DNA of 64,000 bases, from NCBI GenBank assembly GCA_049322955.1, contig JBMOPU010000012.1, forward strand, positions 83,581 to 147,580, given 5' to 3'. This DNA is from Patescibacteria group bacterium. GTDB lineage: Bacteria; Patescibacteriota; Microgenomatia; UBA10105; UBA927. Each line of letters starts with the position of its first letter. Positions within the stretch are counted from its first letter, which is position 1. The notes beneath the pieces are model-generated. The model was not told where the DNA came from. It was given only the letters and a program-made list of their open reading frames with translations, and did no database searches. The translations under genes were made by a program, and so were the position numbers. Shown here one piece after another: positions 38,843 to 49,496 of the stretch.

Positions 38843-40141
38843 ATGTTGAAAGATTGGTTCCCCGCCGGTTCACTGCGACGAATAATCGCCGGTAATACCG
38901 TAAGTCAACTGATCGGACGCATGGTGAGCTCGGTCACGATTGTCATCGTAAGCGTGCTCATTGCCCAACGATTCGGCCCCGAAGGATATGGGGATTTTGT
39001 AAAAATTACCACCTACGTAGGATTTTTTTATCTTCTTGCCGATTTCGGGTTGAATGCCGTGTATTTACAGCAAACAGCCTCACAAGGAATGAAGACCAAA
39101 CAGATAGCATCCGCACCCTGGCGCACACTTCTCGGGCTCCGCTTAGTTATTAGTTCGACGCTTGTTCTTGTGGCGCTTGCCGTCCTTTCCCTCTTTCCTC
39201 ACACCGTTGCCTACGGGTATACGCCGCTTGTGCGGTTCGGCATCGTATTGCTTGTGCCCGTGATTATTGCCCAGGCGATAACAACCACAACCAATGCCCT
39301 TTTCCAAAAAATGCTTCGGTACGATTACTCCACAAAAGCGCAGAATATCGGATCATTTTTTTTGGTTGCCGTTGCCCTCGTGCTTGCTACGACAACGGCT
39401 ACCGCAGGTCCTTTGCTGGGTGTCGCCGCAGTTTTTGCCGGAAGCAGTGTTACCGCAATTGTTGCGCTCTTTTTGGTTTCTCGCCATCTCGGCTCGATAA
39501 CTCCCCTTTTTCGTACGGACACGTTTATGTCGATACTTCGCCAGGGGGCACCTTTGGGGTTTGCCCTGGTGTTTAATTTAATCTATTTTCACTCCGACAG
39601 CGTAATTCTCACCCTCACCCGTTCCACCGAAGAGGTCGGCATATACGGGCTTGCCTACAAAGTATTTGAGTTGCCGTTGGTGCTTCCGATTTTTTTTATG
39701 AATGCCGTCTATCCGTTGCTTCTTGAAAAACAACAAACCGATAATAGCGGTCAAAAAAAAATTTTTGAGCGCTCCTTGCAATTCTTGCTGGGAAGTTCTC
39801 TGCTCCTTGCAAGTGGTCTTTGGATCACCGCGCCGCTTGTCACATTTGTTCGTCCTGATTTTGCCCCCAGCGTTTTGCCACTTCGAGTATTAAGTATGGG
39901 ACTCCCGATTTTTTTTGTTTCCGCTCTTTTTATGTGGTTTATTATCGCGCAGAAAAAGCAATTGTCCCTCGTTGTTATTCATGGTGTCGGCATGATCGGG
40001 AGCATATTACTCAATATATTGCTGGTTCCATCGTACGGGTATATGGCGGCGGCTTGGGTAACAATCGCGTCTGAATTTTTTGTGCTCGCGGCAACGGCCT
40101 TTCTTGTCCTTCCGCGCATATATGCGAGGGAGGGGAAATAA
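38843..40141 (+). CDS. Wzx/MOP-family flippase
   Basis: FGPEGYG, ADFGL, EVGIYGLAYK, YGYMAAAW; about 12 TM. Confidence 0.85.
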   Translation: MLKDWFPAGSLRRIIAGNTVSQLIGRMVSSVTIVIVSVLIAQRFGPEGYGDFVKITTYVGFFYLLADFGLNAVYLQQTASQGMKTKQIASAPWRTLLGLRLVISSTLVLVALAVLSLFPHTVAYGYTPLVRFGIVLLVPVIIAQAITTTTNALFQKMLRYDYSTKAQNIGSFFLVAVALVLATTTATAGPLLGVAAVFAGSSVTAIVALFLVSRHLGSITPLFRTDTFMSILRQGAPLGFALVFNLIYFHSDSVILTLTRSTEEVGIYGLAYKVFELPLVLPIFFMNAVYPLLLEKQQTDNSGQKKIFERSLQFLLGSSLLLASGLWITAPLVTFVRPDFAPSVLPLRVLSMGLPIFFVSALFMWFIIAQKKQLSLVVIHGVGMIGSILLNILLVPSYGYMAAAWVTIASEFFVLAATAFLVLPRIYAREGK

Positions 40142-40235
40142 ATTCGATTATCCCCGAAACGGGGAACATATAGTAACACGCATTCCTACACGGTTATGAA
40201 ATAGCCGGGTAGTCAAAAACCAAAGGAGGTTTTTT

Positions 40236-40682
40236 ATGAACTATATTATTCATACTGACGGTGGAGCGAGAGGAAATCCCGGACCTTCTGCGGTCGGTGT
40301 TGTTGTCGAGGCGTGTGTATGTGATGAGAACAACCAATGTCACGAATCAGTCAGAAAGGAAATCGCGGGATTCGGAAAAAGGATAGCTGATGGTACAAAT
40401 AATGTTGCCGAGTATACTGCAGTGATTGAAGCATTAACTTTTCTCGCAGGATATGGTGATAGAGAAAAGGGGAGAGTTGTGAAATTTTATTTGGATTCTA
40501 CACTTGTCGTCAACCAACTCAACGGAGTGTATAAAGTAAAAGATTCACATCTTCGTGATCTTTTACTCAGGGTGAGAGGATTAGAGTTGGAGGTCGGGGG
40601 AGATATTACCTACACGGCAATTCCCCGAGAGCAAAACAGAAGGGCTGACTTCTTTGTCAATCAGGCACTCGACGCATCGTGA
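40236..40682 (+). CDS. rnhA: Ribonuclease HI
   Basis: TDGGARGNPGP, TNNVAEY, DSTLVVNQ, PREQNRRAD. Confidence 0.93.
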   Translation: MNYIIHTDGGARGNPGPSAVGVVVEACVCDENNQCHESVRKEIAGFGKRIADGTNNVAEYTAVIEALTFLAGYGDREKGRVVKFYLDSTLVVNQLNGVYKVKDSHLRDLLLRVRGLELEVGGDITYTAIPREQNRRADFFVNQALDAS

Positions 40683-40806
40683 AGTTGTTCGTGAAGGGTA
40701 TGTTCCTCATGTGAGATGCCAATACGATTACATCGTAGGCATGCCGCAACTCTGTTGTTTTCGGTACGGCTGTTTGTCATAATGGTTTTAGAGATATTTT
40801 CCCTCT

Positions 40807-43272
40807 ATGACCCAAGCAGACCATTCCACAAATAACGCGCAAGATTCTCAGCTTCCTATAGCGCGTATTCAGGCGCAGGACAGTAATTGGATACAGCCGT
40901 TGCGGGAATATTTTGAACAGAATGGATGCCGTGTAGCAGTGAATAGGGAAGCCGCGTCCTCGCCGCTGTATGTGATCGGCGTCGGTGACACTTCCTTCGT
41001 GAAATCTTTTTTTGAAGACTCAAAATGGGAGCATGCGAAAAAACTTGCCATTGTCTATGAAGGCGATGAAGAAGATCTTCATTCATTACGGCCGCTCTCC
41101 GTTAAACAATACTATCTTGACCCCAAATCGCTGACGCCCCAGGACGTGCAGGATATATTTGCATTTTTTTTCACCGGAAGAGGAATAAGTATAAACTCCC
41201 GAAAAGAACCGAAGAAGCCCAAAAAGGTGAGTGTAATCCCACGGGAACCGACACGTGAGACTACACACGAACTGGAAAAACGTGAGTCCCTTGACCGTGT
41301 ACGTGTCGCAAACGAGATGCAACAGATTTATCAGCGGACGAAAGTCCGGTCTCATTCTTCTTTACTAAACAATGCCAAAAAAATTACTGTGGTTTTGGGA
41401 ATAATTTTCCTTTTCTTTATTACACCGTTTATTTTTTACTTTCTTTCACTTTCGGCATCAGTGGGACTTCTTGCGTTAAGTGCGAAGACCCTTATCGATG
41501 GAAATACTCGGTGGACGACACCATTGATTTCTTATAGCACCACCTATCTTCAGGCTTCACGGGGGCTTCTTACCATCGGATCACCGATTCTTATTTTTAT
41601 GCGTCAAGGGGGTGTCATTGAGGATCAGGACAGATTACTTTCTATTCTCTCGCAGACTGCGGCGGCGGAACGGGGAGTGCTTACCATTTTCCAGACGAGC
41701 AAGGTCGTGGCGGCCGGCGTGATCTTTCCCGACGATAAAACACAAAAGGCAGGAGTTGCTGATGTTATTAACCTCGCAACGGAAGTGTCTCGCGTATCCC
41801 AGCATCTTGCACTAATTTCCGCCCAACTTAACTCAATTTCACAATCAACCCGTTTCCCTTTTACTGCCAAGGGGGTGTCTGATATTGTCGCGAGGGGAGT
41901 GACGAAACTGACATCGCTTCGAAGCGTCGTGGGATACACTGATCGGTTACTCACCCTTTACCCGCGTATAGCGGGATTTCGTAAAAAGCAGACATATCTT
42001 GTCTTGTTACAAAACAGTATGGAACTTCGTCCTGCTGGAGGGTTTATCGGAAGTCTATTGGTTGTCTCATTCGTTGATGGAAAAGTAGAAACATTGGATG
42101 TGCAGGATGTCTATACCGCGGATGGCCAGCTTAAAGGCCATGTTGATCCGCCACTGCCCATTCGAGAAATATTGGGGCAGGAACACTGGTATTTGCGTGA
42201 CAGCAATTGGGATCCGCAGTTTGCCGTAAGCGGTGCACAAGCGGCGTGGTTTTATGAAAAAGAATTGGGACAGTCCGTGGACGGGGTCGTCGCAATAAGT
42301 CTTCCGATGGTTACCGAATTGCTACGCCTCACCGGCCCTATTGAGCTTCTTGATTTTAATGAACGCATCTCCGAAAGCAATTTCTTCGCAAAGTCCCTTC
42401 TTTATACGGAAACCGATTTTTTCCCCGGGAGCACACAGAAAAAAGATTTTCTCGGAGCACTTATCAGTGCGCTCCTTACAAAAATAACGACCGATGCGTC
42501 GCTGTCTTCCGGCGGACTGCTTTCCGTTCTTACCCGCTCAATACAATCAAGAGATCTTCAATTTTATTTTCCGGATGAGGAACTGCAGTCACTTATTACC
42601 CAGTGGGGGTGGGACGGGGGAGTATCGGTTAATCGGTGTCAGGCACCCTACAATAATATACCGTGTGTCAGTGACGGCATTGCGGTTGTCGATGCAAACC
42701 TCGGAGTCAATAAATCAAACTTCTTTTTAAAGAAAGAAGGTGTTGCGCAGATAAGCCTGGCAGAAAACGGAGACATAGAACACATATATACAATGAGTGT
42801 CCATAATGGCGCGCCGGTTGTGGAGAACGGGGCGGGAACCTACCAGGGATACACACGATTTTATATACCGCCTGATGCACAAATCAGATCAATAACCCTT
42901 GACGGCACGGAGGTCCCACTTCGTGATAGCGAAAATCCGGTGCCCCCGCCGGCTCCGTATTGGATAAACGAACAACAGGAGACACTCCGTGTTATTCATG
43001 TTCCTTTTGCCGTGGCTCCACGCCAGACACGACAGCTCACCCTTCATTGGGTGAGACCGCAAGCAATTTCGTTTGCCGAGCAGGGAATCTATCAGCTGAC
43101 CTTACGGAAGCAGGCCGGGGTACCGTCATTCCCTTGGCGGGTGGTGATGACATACCCCGAGGGGTGGCAGGCGATAAGCGAGGGCGCAGTTGCAAAACCG
43201 GGTTCACTTGAGTACAATACAGATCTTACGAAAGATGCAGAATATCGAGTGCTCTTTCAAAAAAAACTATGA
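40807..43272 (+). CDS. DUF4012 domain membrane protein
   Basis: YLVLLQNSMELRPAGGFIGS, LRDSNWDPQF, VDGVVAI, ANLGVNKSN. Confidence 0.85.
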   Translation: MTQADHSTNNAQDSQLPIARIQAQDSNWIQPLREYFEQNGCRVAVNREAASSPLYVIGVGDTSFVKSFFEDSKWEHAKKLAIVYEGDEEDLHSLRPLSVKQYYLDPKSLTPQDVQDIFAFFFTGRGISINSRKEPKKPKKVSVIPREPTRETTHELEKRESLDRVRVANEMQQIYQRTKVRSHSSLLNNAKKITVVLGIIFLFFITPFIFYFLSLSASVGLLALSAKTLIDGNTRWTTPLISYSTTYLQASRGLLTIGSPILIFMRQGGVIEDQDRLLSILSQTAAAERGVLTIFQTSKVVAAGVIFPDDKTQKAGVADVINLATEVSRVSQHLALISAQLNSISQSTRFPFTAKGVSDIVARGVTKLTSLRSVVGYTDRLLTLYPRIAGFRKKQTYLVLLQNSMELRPAGGFIGSLLVVSFVDGKVETLDVQDVYTADGQLKGHVDPPLPIREILGQEHWYLRDSNWDPQFAVSGAQAAWFYEKELGQSVDGVVAISLPMVTELLRLTGPIELLDFNERISESNFFAKSLLYTETDFFPGSTQKKDFLGALISALLTKITTDASLSSGGLLSVLTRSIQSRDLQFYFPDEELQSLITQWGWDGGVSVNRCQAPYNNIPCVSDGIAVVDANLGVNKSNFFLKKEGVAQISLAENGDIEHIYTMSVHNGAPVVENGAGTYQGYTRFYIPPDAQIRSITLDGTEVPLRDSENPVPPPAPYWINEQQETLRVIHVPFAVAPRQTRQLTLHWVRPQAISFAEQGIYQLTLRKQAGVPSFPWRVVMTYPEGWQAISEGAVAKPGSLEYNTDLTKDAEYRVLFQKKL

Positions 43273-43973
43273 AAAAACATACCTTGGATGCCACAAAGCG
43301 AGATATCACGAAAACCAAAGCCGCGGTTTTGCGACGACAGGGACTGGTCCCCGCGACCGTTTATGGGAAAAAAATAGCAAGTGAAAGTTTGTCGGTAACA
43401 CATTCAGATTTCGTTAAAGTATACAATGAAGCGCACGAAACTGGTCTTGTGGAATTAAAAGTGGACGGAAGTGTAAAACCCGTCCTTATTCATACGGTGC
43501 AGAAGGACCCGGTCAAAGGAGAAATTCTTCATGTGGAGTTACACCAGGTTGACTTGAAAGAGAAAGTACATGCAAATGTACCTCTGGTTCTTACCGGGGA
43601 AGCTCCCGCTGTAGCACAAAAAATTGGCGTAGTGCTTACGTTAGTCTCCGAGGTAGAAGTGGAAGCATTGCCCACCCATTTGCCAGAGAAACTTGATGTG
43701 GATGTGAGCACGCTCGCCGAAGTAGGACAGGAATTAAAAGTTTCCGATATAAATGTCGGATCAGACGTCACTATTCTTACCGATGGGTCGGTGGTCGTTG
43801 CCCGTGTCGGTGAACTGGTAAGTAAAGAAGCAGAAGAACAAGCGGCGGCTGATGCGGCGGTTGCCGAAGCGGCTTCCACCGAAAGTGCCGCGGGAGAAGA
43901 CACAGCGCAAGGTGGAGAAGCGGCTCCTGCTGAAAAGAAATCGGAAGAAGAAAAGAAACCGGAAGCAAAGTAA
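43269..43973 (+). CDS. rplY: 50S ribosomal protein L25/Ctc
   Basis: LRRQGLVPATVYG, QKDPVKGEILHVEL, ALPTHLPE, acidic tail. Confidence 0.93.
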   Translation: MKKHTLDATKRDITKTKAAVLRRQGLVPATVYGKKIASESLSVTHSDFVKVYNEAHETGLVELKVDGSVKPVLIHTVQKDPVKGEILHVELHQVDLKEKVHANVPLVLTGEAPAVAQKIGVVLTLVSEVEVEALPTHLPEKLDVDVSTLAEVGQELKVSDINVGSDVTILTDGSVVVARVGELVSKEAEEQAAADAAVAEAASTESAAGEDTAQGGEAAPAEKKSEEEKKPEAK

Positions 43974-44016
43974 TATCCCGGCGCAACAGGAACGGTATTC
44001 CTTGTCGGCGTATGAA

Positions 44017-44529
44017 CTACTTTTTGGGCGAGAGTGAGTTGCTCAATTCCTCAAGCGATTGAATTCCCAAGAAATTCGGATCAAGTTCCTTAATCTCCGC
44101 CATATGTTCCCGCATTTTTTCATTGTCTCCGAGCTGAAATGCAATGAGGGCCGCCTGATAATGTGCATCCCGATAGTCGGGATTGTCACGTAACACCTCC
44201 GTCCAATAGTCGTACCGCCGCTCAAGTATGACTCGTTCCTCAAGATCAGGAGGATGCGTTGATGCAGAGTCGCCGAGCACATCGGACTTATCAGCAAAGA
44301 AGGGAATCGTTAATGAAAACCTACGATTGTCTTGTGCGGCGGCGATATTGATGCCGATCGCGCATGCAAGCAGAACCCAGAGAATAAGGCCGGTTACCCG
44401 CCGAATCCGATGAAAAAACGGGTTTGCGGCAAATAATCGGGTATATTGCGGGAAAAATCGGGAAAGAAATGAAGCCGGAGCGGGAAGCAACAGCGGCGTT
44501 TGTGATTTATGTTTTAGCGGTTTAGTCAT
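44017..44529 (-). CDS. Hypothetical membrane-anchored protein with TPR-like C-terminus
   Basis: TM segment; NPDYRDAHYQAALIAFQLG...ELDPN. Confidence 0.6.
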   Translation of the reverse strand: MTKPLKHKSQTPLLLPAPASFLSRFFPQYTRLFAANPFFHRIRRVTGLILWVLLACAIGINIAAAQDNRRFSLTIPFFADKSDVLGDSASTHPPDLEERVILERRYDYWTEVLRDNPDYRDAHYQAALIAFQLGDNEKMREHMAEIKELDPNFLGIQSLEELSNSLSPKK

Positions 44530-44631
44530 GGATGTTAGGTAATCGTGACTCCATAATACCTATCTTCGGGTTGTAAATAAACCACCTATTTGTCTTGAAC
44601 CGCAGACGCCACTATGGTATCCTTCTCGAAT

Positions 44632-45282
44632 ATGAAGAAAGCATCCGCCAAAAAGCATCCTGTTCCCGTTCCTCCTCAGTTTGAGTCCGCACCTGTGAAC
44701 TCGCCGAAAGTGAAGCATTTTTCATGGCAATGGATTCTTGTGGGACTTTTTGTTCTTTTGGGCGTGCTTGTCGCGGTGAATAAAGGATGGGTCGTCGCCG
44801 CAGTTGTTGACGGACGGCCGATATTCGCCTGGCAACTTAACTCGACGCTTCGTACGCGCTACGGGCAACAAACCCTTGAAGGGATGATCGGCGAGGCCCT
44901 GATAAAGCGTGAAGCGGAAAAGAACGGTGTGGTGGTAACAAAAGAGGATATTACCAAAAAACAAAATGAGATATTGTCGAGTCTGGGAACAGAAGTGAGC
45001 CTTGAAGATTTTCTGAAATTCCAGGGCATGACGGAAGCGGATTTCAATAGCCAGCTTGTCATACAACTGACCGTCGAACGATTACTGACGAAGGACAGAG
45101 TCGTTTCTGAAGCGGATATTGATAACTTTATCGCAACGAGTGCGGCAACGCTCTCCGCGACTGAGCCGGCGGCGCTTCGTGAGGAAGCAAAGAATGCAAT
45201 CATCAGCAACGAAATAAGCGAGAAACTCCAGCCGTGGTTTTTGGAACTTCGCCAGAAATCCAATGTCATGAAGTTTCTCTAA
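44632..45282 (+). CDS. SurA N-terminal/PrsA-like chaperone domain protein
   Basis: TM then VAAVVDGRPI, LEGMIGEALI, WFLELRQKS. Confidence 0.75.
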   Translation: MKKASAKKHPVPVPPQFESAPVNSPKVKHFSWQWILVGLFVLLGVLVAVNKGWVVAAVVDGRPIFAWQLNSTLRTRYGQQTLEGMIGEALIKREAEKNGVVVTKEDITKKQNEILSSLGTEVSLEDFLKFQGMTEADFNSQLVIQLTVERLLTKDRVVSEADIDNFIATSAATLSATEPAALREEAKNAIISNEISEKLQPWFLELRQKSNVMKFL

Positions 45283-45288
45283 ACGTCT

Positions 45289-45543
45289 ATGATGCCCTGG
45301 TACTTGGGAAGCGGCAGGATTAATTTTGAACACATGTGGGGTGCAGGATTCGGTCTCCTCGCTCTTTGGTCCGTAATATGGACCGGATTGGCATTGTGGC
45401 ATGCGGCGAAGCGTGATGAGAAAGGGTGGTTTCTTTTTTTCCTCTTTGTGCATACGGCGGGAATTATTGAATTCGTGTATCTCATGTTTATCGTAAAAGC
45501 GTTCACCACTTCAACAAAAAAAACCGCGAGAAAGCGAAAATAA
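45289..45543 (+). CDS. DUF5652-like small membrane protein
   Basis: WSVIWTGLALWHAAKR...WF...TAGIIE. Confidence 0.75.
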   Translation: MMPWYLGSGRINFEHMWGAGFGLLALWSVIWTGLALWHAAKRDEKGWFLFFLFVHTAGIIEFVYLMFIVKAFTTSTKKTARKRK

Positions 45544-45576
45544 TTCTTGTAATACGGATAGTGGCTTCGCCCGTCT

Positions 45577-46635
45577 ATGAATACTTGGCAAATGCTTCAC
45601 CGGAATCCCGATTTATGGCAGAGATACTTTGTTCGTGAGAAAGTGCTTCGCGCAATCCGATCGTTTTTTGAGGAACGAAATTTTCATGAAGTCGAGACGC
45701 CGATATTGATTGCCCATCCTCCGGCGGAGAGTTATCTTGATGTTTTTGAAACGACATTGCTTGACCGATCAAGAAACCGACAGCCGGCATATTTGTCCAC
45801 CTCCCCTGAAGTGCCGTTGAAAAAACTCATGGTCGCGGGGCTCGGTGATTGTTATGCCCTCACCAAAAGTTTCCGGAACATGGAAACGCAAGGAACCCTG
45901 CATAATCCTGAATTTACCATTCTCGAGTGGTATAGGAAGGGAGTTGATTATCGAGCGATTATGGAAGATTGCGAGGCGTTACTTCGGTTTATCTATCACA
46001 GGGTTAACGGAGCAGGCCAGGAATCCACGCAACCTATTACTTACAAACAGCACCAAGTTCGTCTCGACCTTCCGTGGGAGCGGCTCACGATGGTTGAGGC
46101 ATTTGCCAAATGGGCAAACATTAATTTTGTGGATTTCCTTGATATGAACCATGCGATTGCCATCGCACGGCAAAAAGGGTATACCGTCGAATCTGACACC
46201 ACATGGGAAGCACTGTATAATCAAATTTTTCTGAATGAAATTGAACCTCACTTAGGGGGCTCCCGTCCGACCATATTGTATGATTTTCCCGGAAGTATGG
46301 CGGCACTTGCCAAACGGAAGGAAGCGGATCCCCGTTTTGCCGAACGATTTGAATTTTATATCGGCGGGTTAGAGCTCGGTGATTGCTATAGCGAACTTAC
46401 CGATTGGAAGGAACAACAGGAACGATTTGAAAATGAACTCCGTGAAATACGCAAAGCAGGAAAAACCGTCTACGAGTATGACACGGATTTTATCGAAGCA
46501 CTAAAGGTCGGACTCCCGCCGTGTAGCGGTATAGCAATCGGAGTCGATCGATTGGTGATGCTTTTTAGCGGAGCGGCAACTATTCAGGAGACGCTTTTTT
46601 TTCCGGCAGACGAAATGTTTGAGGACAACAAATAA
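45577..46635 (+). CDS. epmA: EF-P lysine aminoacylase (EpmA/GenX/PoxA)
   Basis: EVETP, LSTSPEVPLKKL, FRNME...HNPEFTILEWY, AERFEFY, SGIAIGVDRL; no anticodon domain; next to efp. Confidence 0.92.
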   Translation: MNTWQMLHRNPDLWQRYFVREKVLRAIRSFFEERNFHEVETPILIAHPPAESYLDVFETTLLDRSRNRQPAYLSTSPEVPLKKLMVAGLGDCYALTKSFRNMETQGTLHNPEFTILEWYRKGVDYRAIMEDCEALLRFIYHRVNGAGQESTQPITYKQHQVRLDLPWERLTMVEAFAKWANINFVDFLDMNHAIAIARQKGYTVESDTTWEALYNQIFLNEIEPHLGGSRPTILYDFPGSMAALAKRKEADPRFAERFEFYIGGLELGDCYSELTDWKEQQERFENELREIRKAGKTVYEYDTDFIEALKVGLPPCSGIAIGVDRLVMLFSGAATIQETLFFPADEMFEDNK

Positions 46636-46698
46636 TTGCCCTCGGAACGGGTTTGTGGGATAATAGATATATCCCGAAAGGGATTTTATTTTTCTCAT

Positions 46699-47262
46699 AT
46701 GGCAACAATAACCACTGCACAGTTTAAAAAAGGCAATTTTATAGAGTTTCGAAACGAACCCAATCAGATCATGGATTTTCAATTCGTGAATCCCGGGAAG
46801 GGAAGTGCGTTTGTTCGGGCAAAACTGAAGAGTCTGAAAAGCGGGAAGGTTATTGAATTTACCTATAAGTCGGGTGAATCGGTAGAAGAACTTCCCATCA
46901 ACACCCGGGAAATGCAATATCTCTATAAAGAGGGCGATGCCTATGTTTTTATGGATAACTTCAGTTACGAGCAATATAACATTGCCGAAAGTCTTCTTGA
47001 AGGATTTATCCGCTACCTCAAACCCAATGATACCTATCAGGTGCTCGTGTACGGAGAAGATGCCGTGGGAGTCAGATTCCCCAAGAAAGTATGGTTAAAA
47101 GTAACGGAAGCCGATGAAGGGGCGAAAGGAAATACCGCAACGGGGGCTACCAAAACCGTCGTTGTGGAAACGGGCGCGGTGATCACGGTACCGCTGTTTA
47201 TCAAAGAAGGCGATGTCATTGGCATTGATCCGGAAACGGGATCCTACCTCGAACGCGGCTAA
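46699..47262 (+). CDS. efp: Elongation factor P
   Basis: NPGKGSAFVR, VPLFIKEGD, TGSYLER. Confidence 0.97.
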   Translation: MATITTAQFKKGNFIEFRNEPNQIMDFQFVNPGKGSAFVRAKLKSLKSGKVIEFTYKSGESVEELPINTREMQYLYKEGDAYVFMDNFSYEQYNIAESLLEGFIRYLKPNDTYQVLVYGEDAVGVRFPKKVWLKVTEADEGAKGNTATGATKTVVVETGAVITVPLFIKEGDVIGIDPETGSYLERG

Positions 47263-47323
47263 GCGCATCCCCTCTATTTTTGCGAAATTGTATTCTTCCA
47301 TACCGTCGTATTACACTGGAAAT

Positions 47324-48514
47324 ATGACGCCGTTTCGTCCGGGAAACATTGTTTTATCCCGCAACTTCCTGACCATTCTCCTTGCTATCCTTGTTTTTTT
47401 TGGTGTCGTCGGCATGATTGCGAGTGTGATCGGGGTGTGGCAGGGAAGAAACCGTGCGTTGGAAGTACAAAAAAACCAAGCGCAGGAGGAAATTAACCGC
47501 CTGATAGGCGTCATTACGCGCATCACCAACGAAGATCAGTATGTGCGAAATGACCGATTGCAGGATGAACTCACGAATATCCAAAAAACCTATCGCCAGG
47601 CAACGATCGTGTATGAGGAGCTTGTTGATTTGCGCGCGCTCACCCGTGATACGAGAGTCCTTGATGAACGGTTTGCGCATATACTCGGCAAGCTTGCCGA
47701 AAGACAATGGGCAACCGCCTCAGCCGACATTATTCTTCTCACGGGCGATATCGCCGCGGCAAAAGCAAAAATTGCGGCAAGTTTTGCCATTCCTGCAAAT
47801 GTTCCCGAAAACAATACGGCGCCGCAGACAGGGTATCGTCGTCAGGTGGTCAAACTTGATATCGGAGAGTATCTGGTCGATATTGTCGCCGCCGATATGA
47901 ACTCGACCCGTGTGATTGTGGATACGGCATCTGAGGCGACGTGTACTCGAGATTGTCCCGTACTTTCCCTCGGTGAGTATGTAGCCAGAAACAATGCCTT
48001 TGCCGGAATTAACGGTTCGTATTTTTGCCCCGCGGATTACCCGAGCTGTAGTGAAAAGAAAAACTCTTTTGACACGCTTCTTATGAATAAGAACAAAGTG
48101 TATTTCAATTCCGACAATAACGTATATAGCACGGTTCCCGCGGTAATTTTCCTCTCCGGCTCTATGCGGTTTGTCGGAAGGTCGCTGGAATGGGGGAGAG
48201 ACACCAGCCCCGACGGCGTGCTTGCCAACCAACCGTTACTCCTTTCCGGGGGCAGTGTCACCTTCGGCGGGGATACGGATCCCAAAAAAGGGAGCAAGGG
48301 AACACGGGGATTTGTCGGCAACAAAGGGTCGGTAGCCTATATCGGCGTCGTTCATAATGCGACGGTCGTTGAGGTTGCCCACGTGTTGAAGACCATGGGA
48401 TTGGAAAACGGATTAAACCTCGACAGCGGTGGTTCAACGGCGCTGTGGAGCGGGGGATATAAGGCAGGGCCGGGGAGAGGGATTCCTAATGCCATCTTGT
48501 TTGTCAGAAAGTAA
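47324..48514 (+). CDS. Phosphodiester glycosidase (NAGPA-like) family protein, membrane anchored
   Basis: TM and coiled coil, GINGSYF, LNLDSGGST. Confidence 0.75.
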   Translation: MTPFRPGNIVLSRNFLTILLAILVFFGVVGMIASVIGVWQGRNRALEVQKNQAQEEINRLIGVITRITNEDQYVRNDRLQDELTNIQKTYRQATIVYEELVDLRALTRDTRVLDERFAHILGKLAERQWATASADIILLTGDIAAAKAKIAASFAIPANVPENNTAPQTGYRRQVVKLDIGEYLVDIVAADMNSTRVIVDTASEATCTRDCPVLSLGEYVARNNAFAGINGSYFCPADYPSCSEKKNSFDTLLMNKNKVYFNSDNNVYSTVPAVIFLSGSMRFVGRSLEWGRDTSPDGVLANQPLLLSGGSVTFGGDTDPKKGSKGTRGFVGNKGSVAYIGVVHNATVVEVAHVLKTMGLENGLNLDSGGSTALWSGGYKAGPGRGIPNAILFVRK

Positions 48515-48534
48515 TGAGGGTACAATAGCTGAGT

Positions 48535-49491
48535 ATGGACAATGAAGTGCCGCAAAAAACGTCACTCACGTATGAGGAGACGCCGATAATCGATCCTCAC
48601 TCCGGGCAAGTGCAGGAACATCCGCAATCAGATGAAGAAGCGCGGAATGTTATTCCCGAAGCCGCACAGGTTTTTGATGAACATGCGTCCGTCACGCTCC
48701 CGAAAAATGATCATACGAGTCCGCCCGAGACGCCGCATCAGAAACCCATGCGTCGCGGCGTGCACGCGGGTACGGTTTTGTTTATTGTTCTCCTTTTCGG
48801 ACTTGGCGTATGGCTTAGCGGACAAATTCGTTCGTTTTTTGCCCCGACAGTCAGTGATGAAATCGCTATCCCCACCTATGCACCCGCCAATGAAGATACC
48901 ACTGCTGAAACCACCACTGCGAGTCCTTCAGGTCTCAGTCCCGTACCGCTCGCGACGAAACGAATTGAGCAGATCATGAGCGGGGCCACAAAGAAACCAA
49001 TTCCCGGGTTGTCATATCAGTTGCCGAATGAAGTGAAAGCACCCGTATGTGATAACACCAGTTGTGCATCATACGGTACCTATCTCCCAGGCGGGACCCG
49101 TTTTACGGTTGCGCCGAGGGGAAAGGGACAACTGCTTCCTGATTTCCGTGGGGCAATTCTTACCGATGCCGCAGGGAGAGAATTTACGATGAAGCAGGCG
49201 ATGTATGCAGGGACACTTGCCTATGAATATGTCGGTAATTTTACGGGAAGAACGGGCGGGGGATACACATTCACTGCCATTCGCGGTGTGTTGATTCCCG
49301 TGTCCGAAACGCTTGCTATCGAATTTAATCACTTTGCCCCGTTGGGAATCACCAGTGATTTCACAAAAGATGAAGTTATCTTTAATGATATATTGGCTTC
49401 TTTTAGCAATACCGCGGCATCTTCTTCGGGGGCTCCTCTTCTTCAGCCTTCGCGAGTGCCGCAACAATCAACCACCTCGGGAAGTTTTTAG
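48535..49491 (+). CDS. Hypothetical single-pass membrane protein
   Basis: Disordered acidic N-terminus, one TM, extracellular domain. Confidence 0.65.
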   Translation: MDNEVPQKTSLTYEETPIIDPHSGQVQEHPQSDEEARNVIPEAAQVFDEHASVTLPKNDHTSPPETPHQKPMRRGVHAGTVLFIVLLFGLGVWLSGQIRSFFAPTVSDEIAIPTYAPANEDTTAETTTASPSGLSPVPLATKRIEQIMSGATKKPIPGLSYQLPNEVKAPVCDNTSCASYGTYLPGGTRFTVAPRGKGQLLPDFRGAILTDAAGREFTMKQAMYAGTLAYEYVGNFTGRTGGGYTFTAIRGVLIPVSETLAIEFNHFAPLGITSDFTKDEVIFNDILASFSNTAASSSGAPLLQPSRVPQQSTTSGSF

Positions 49492-49496
49492 TCGTC

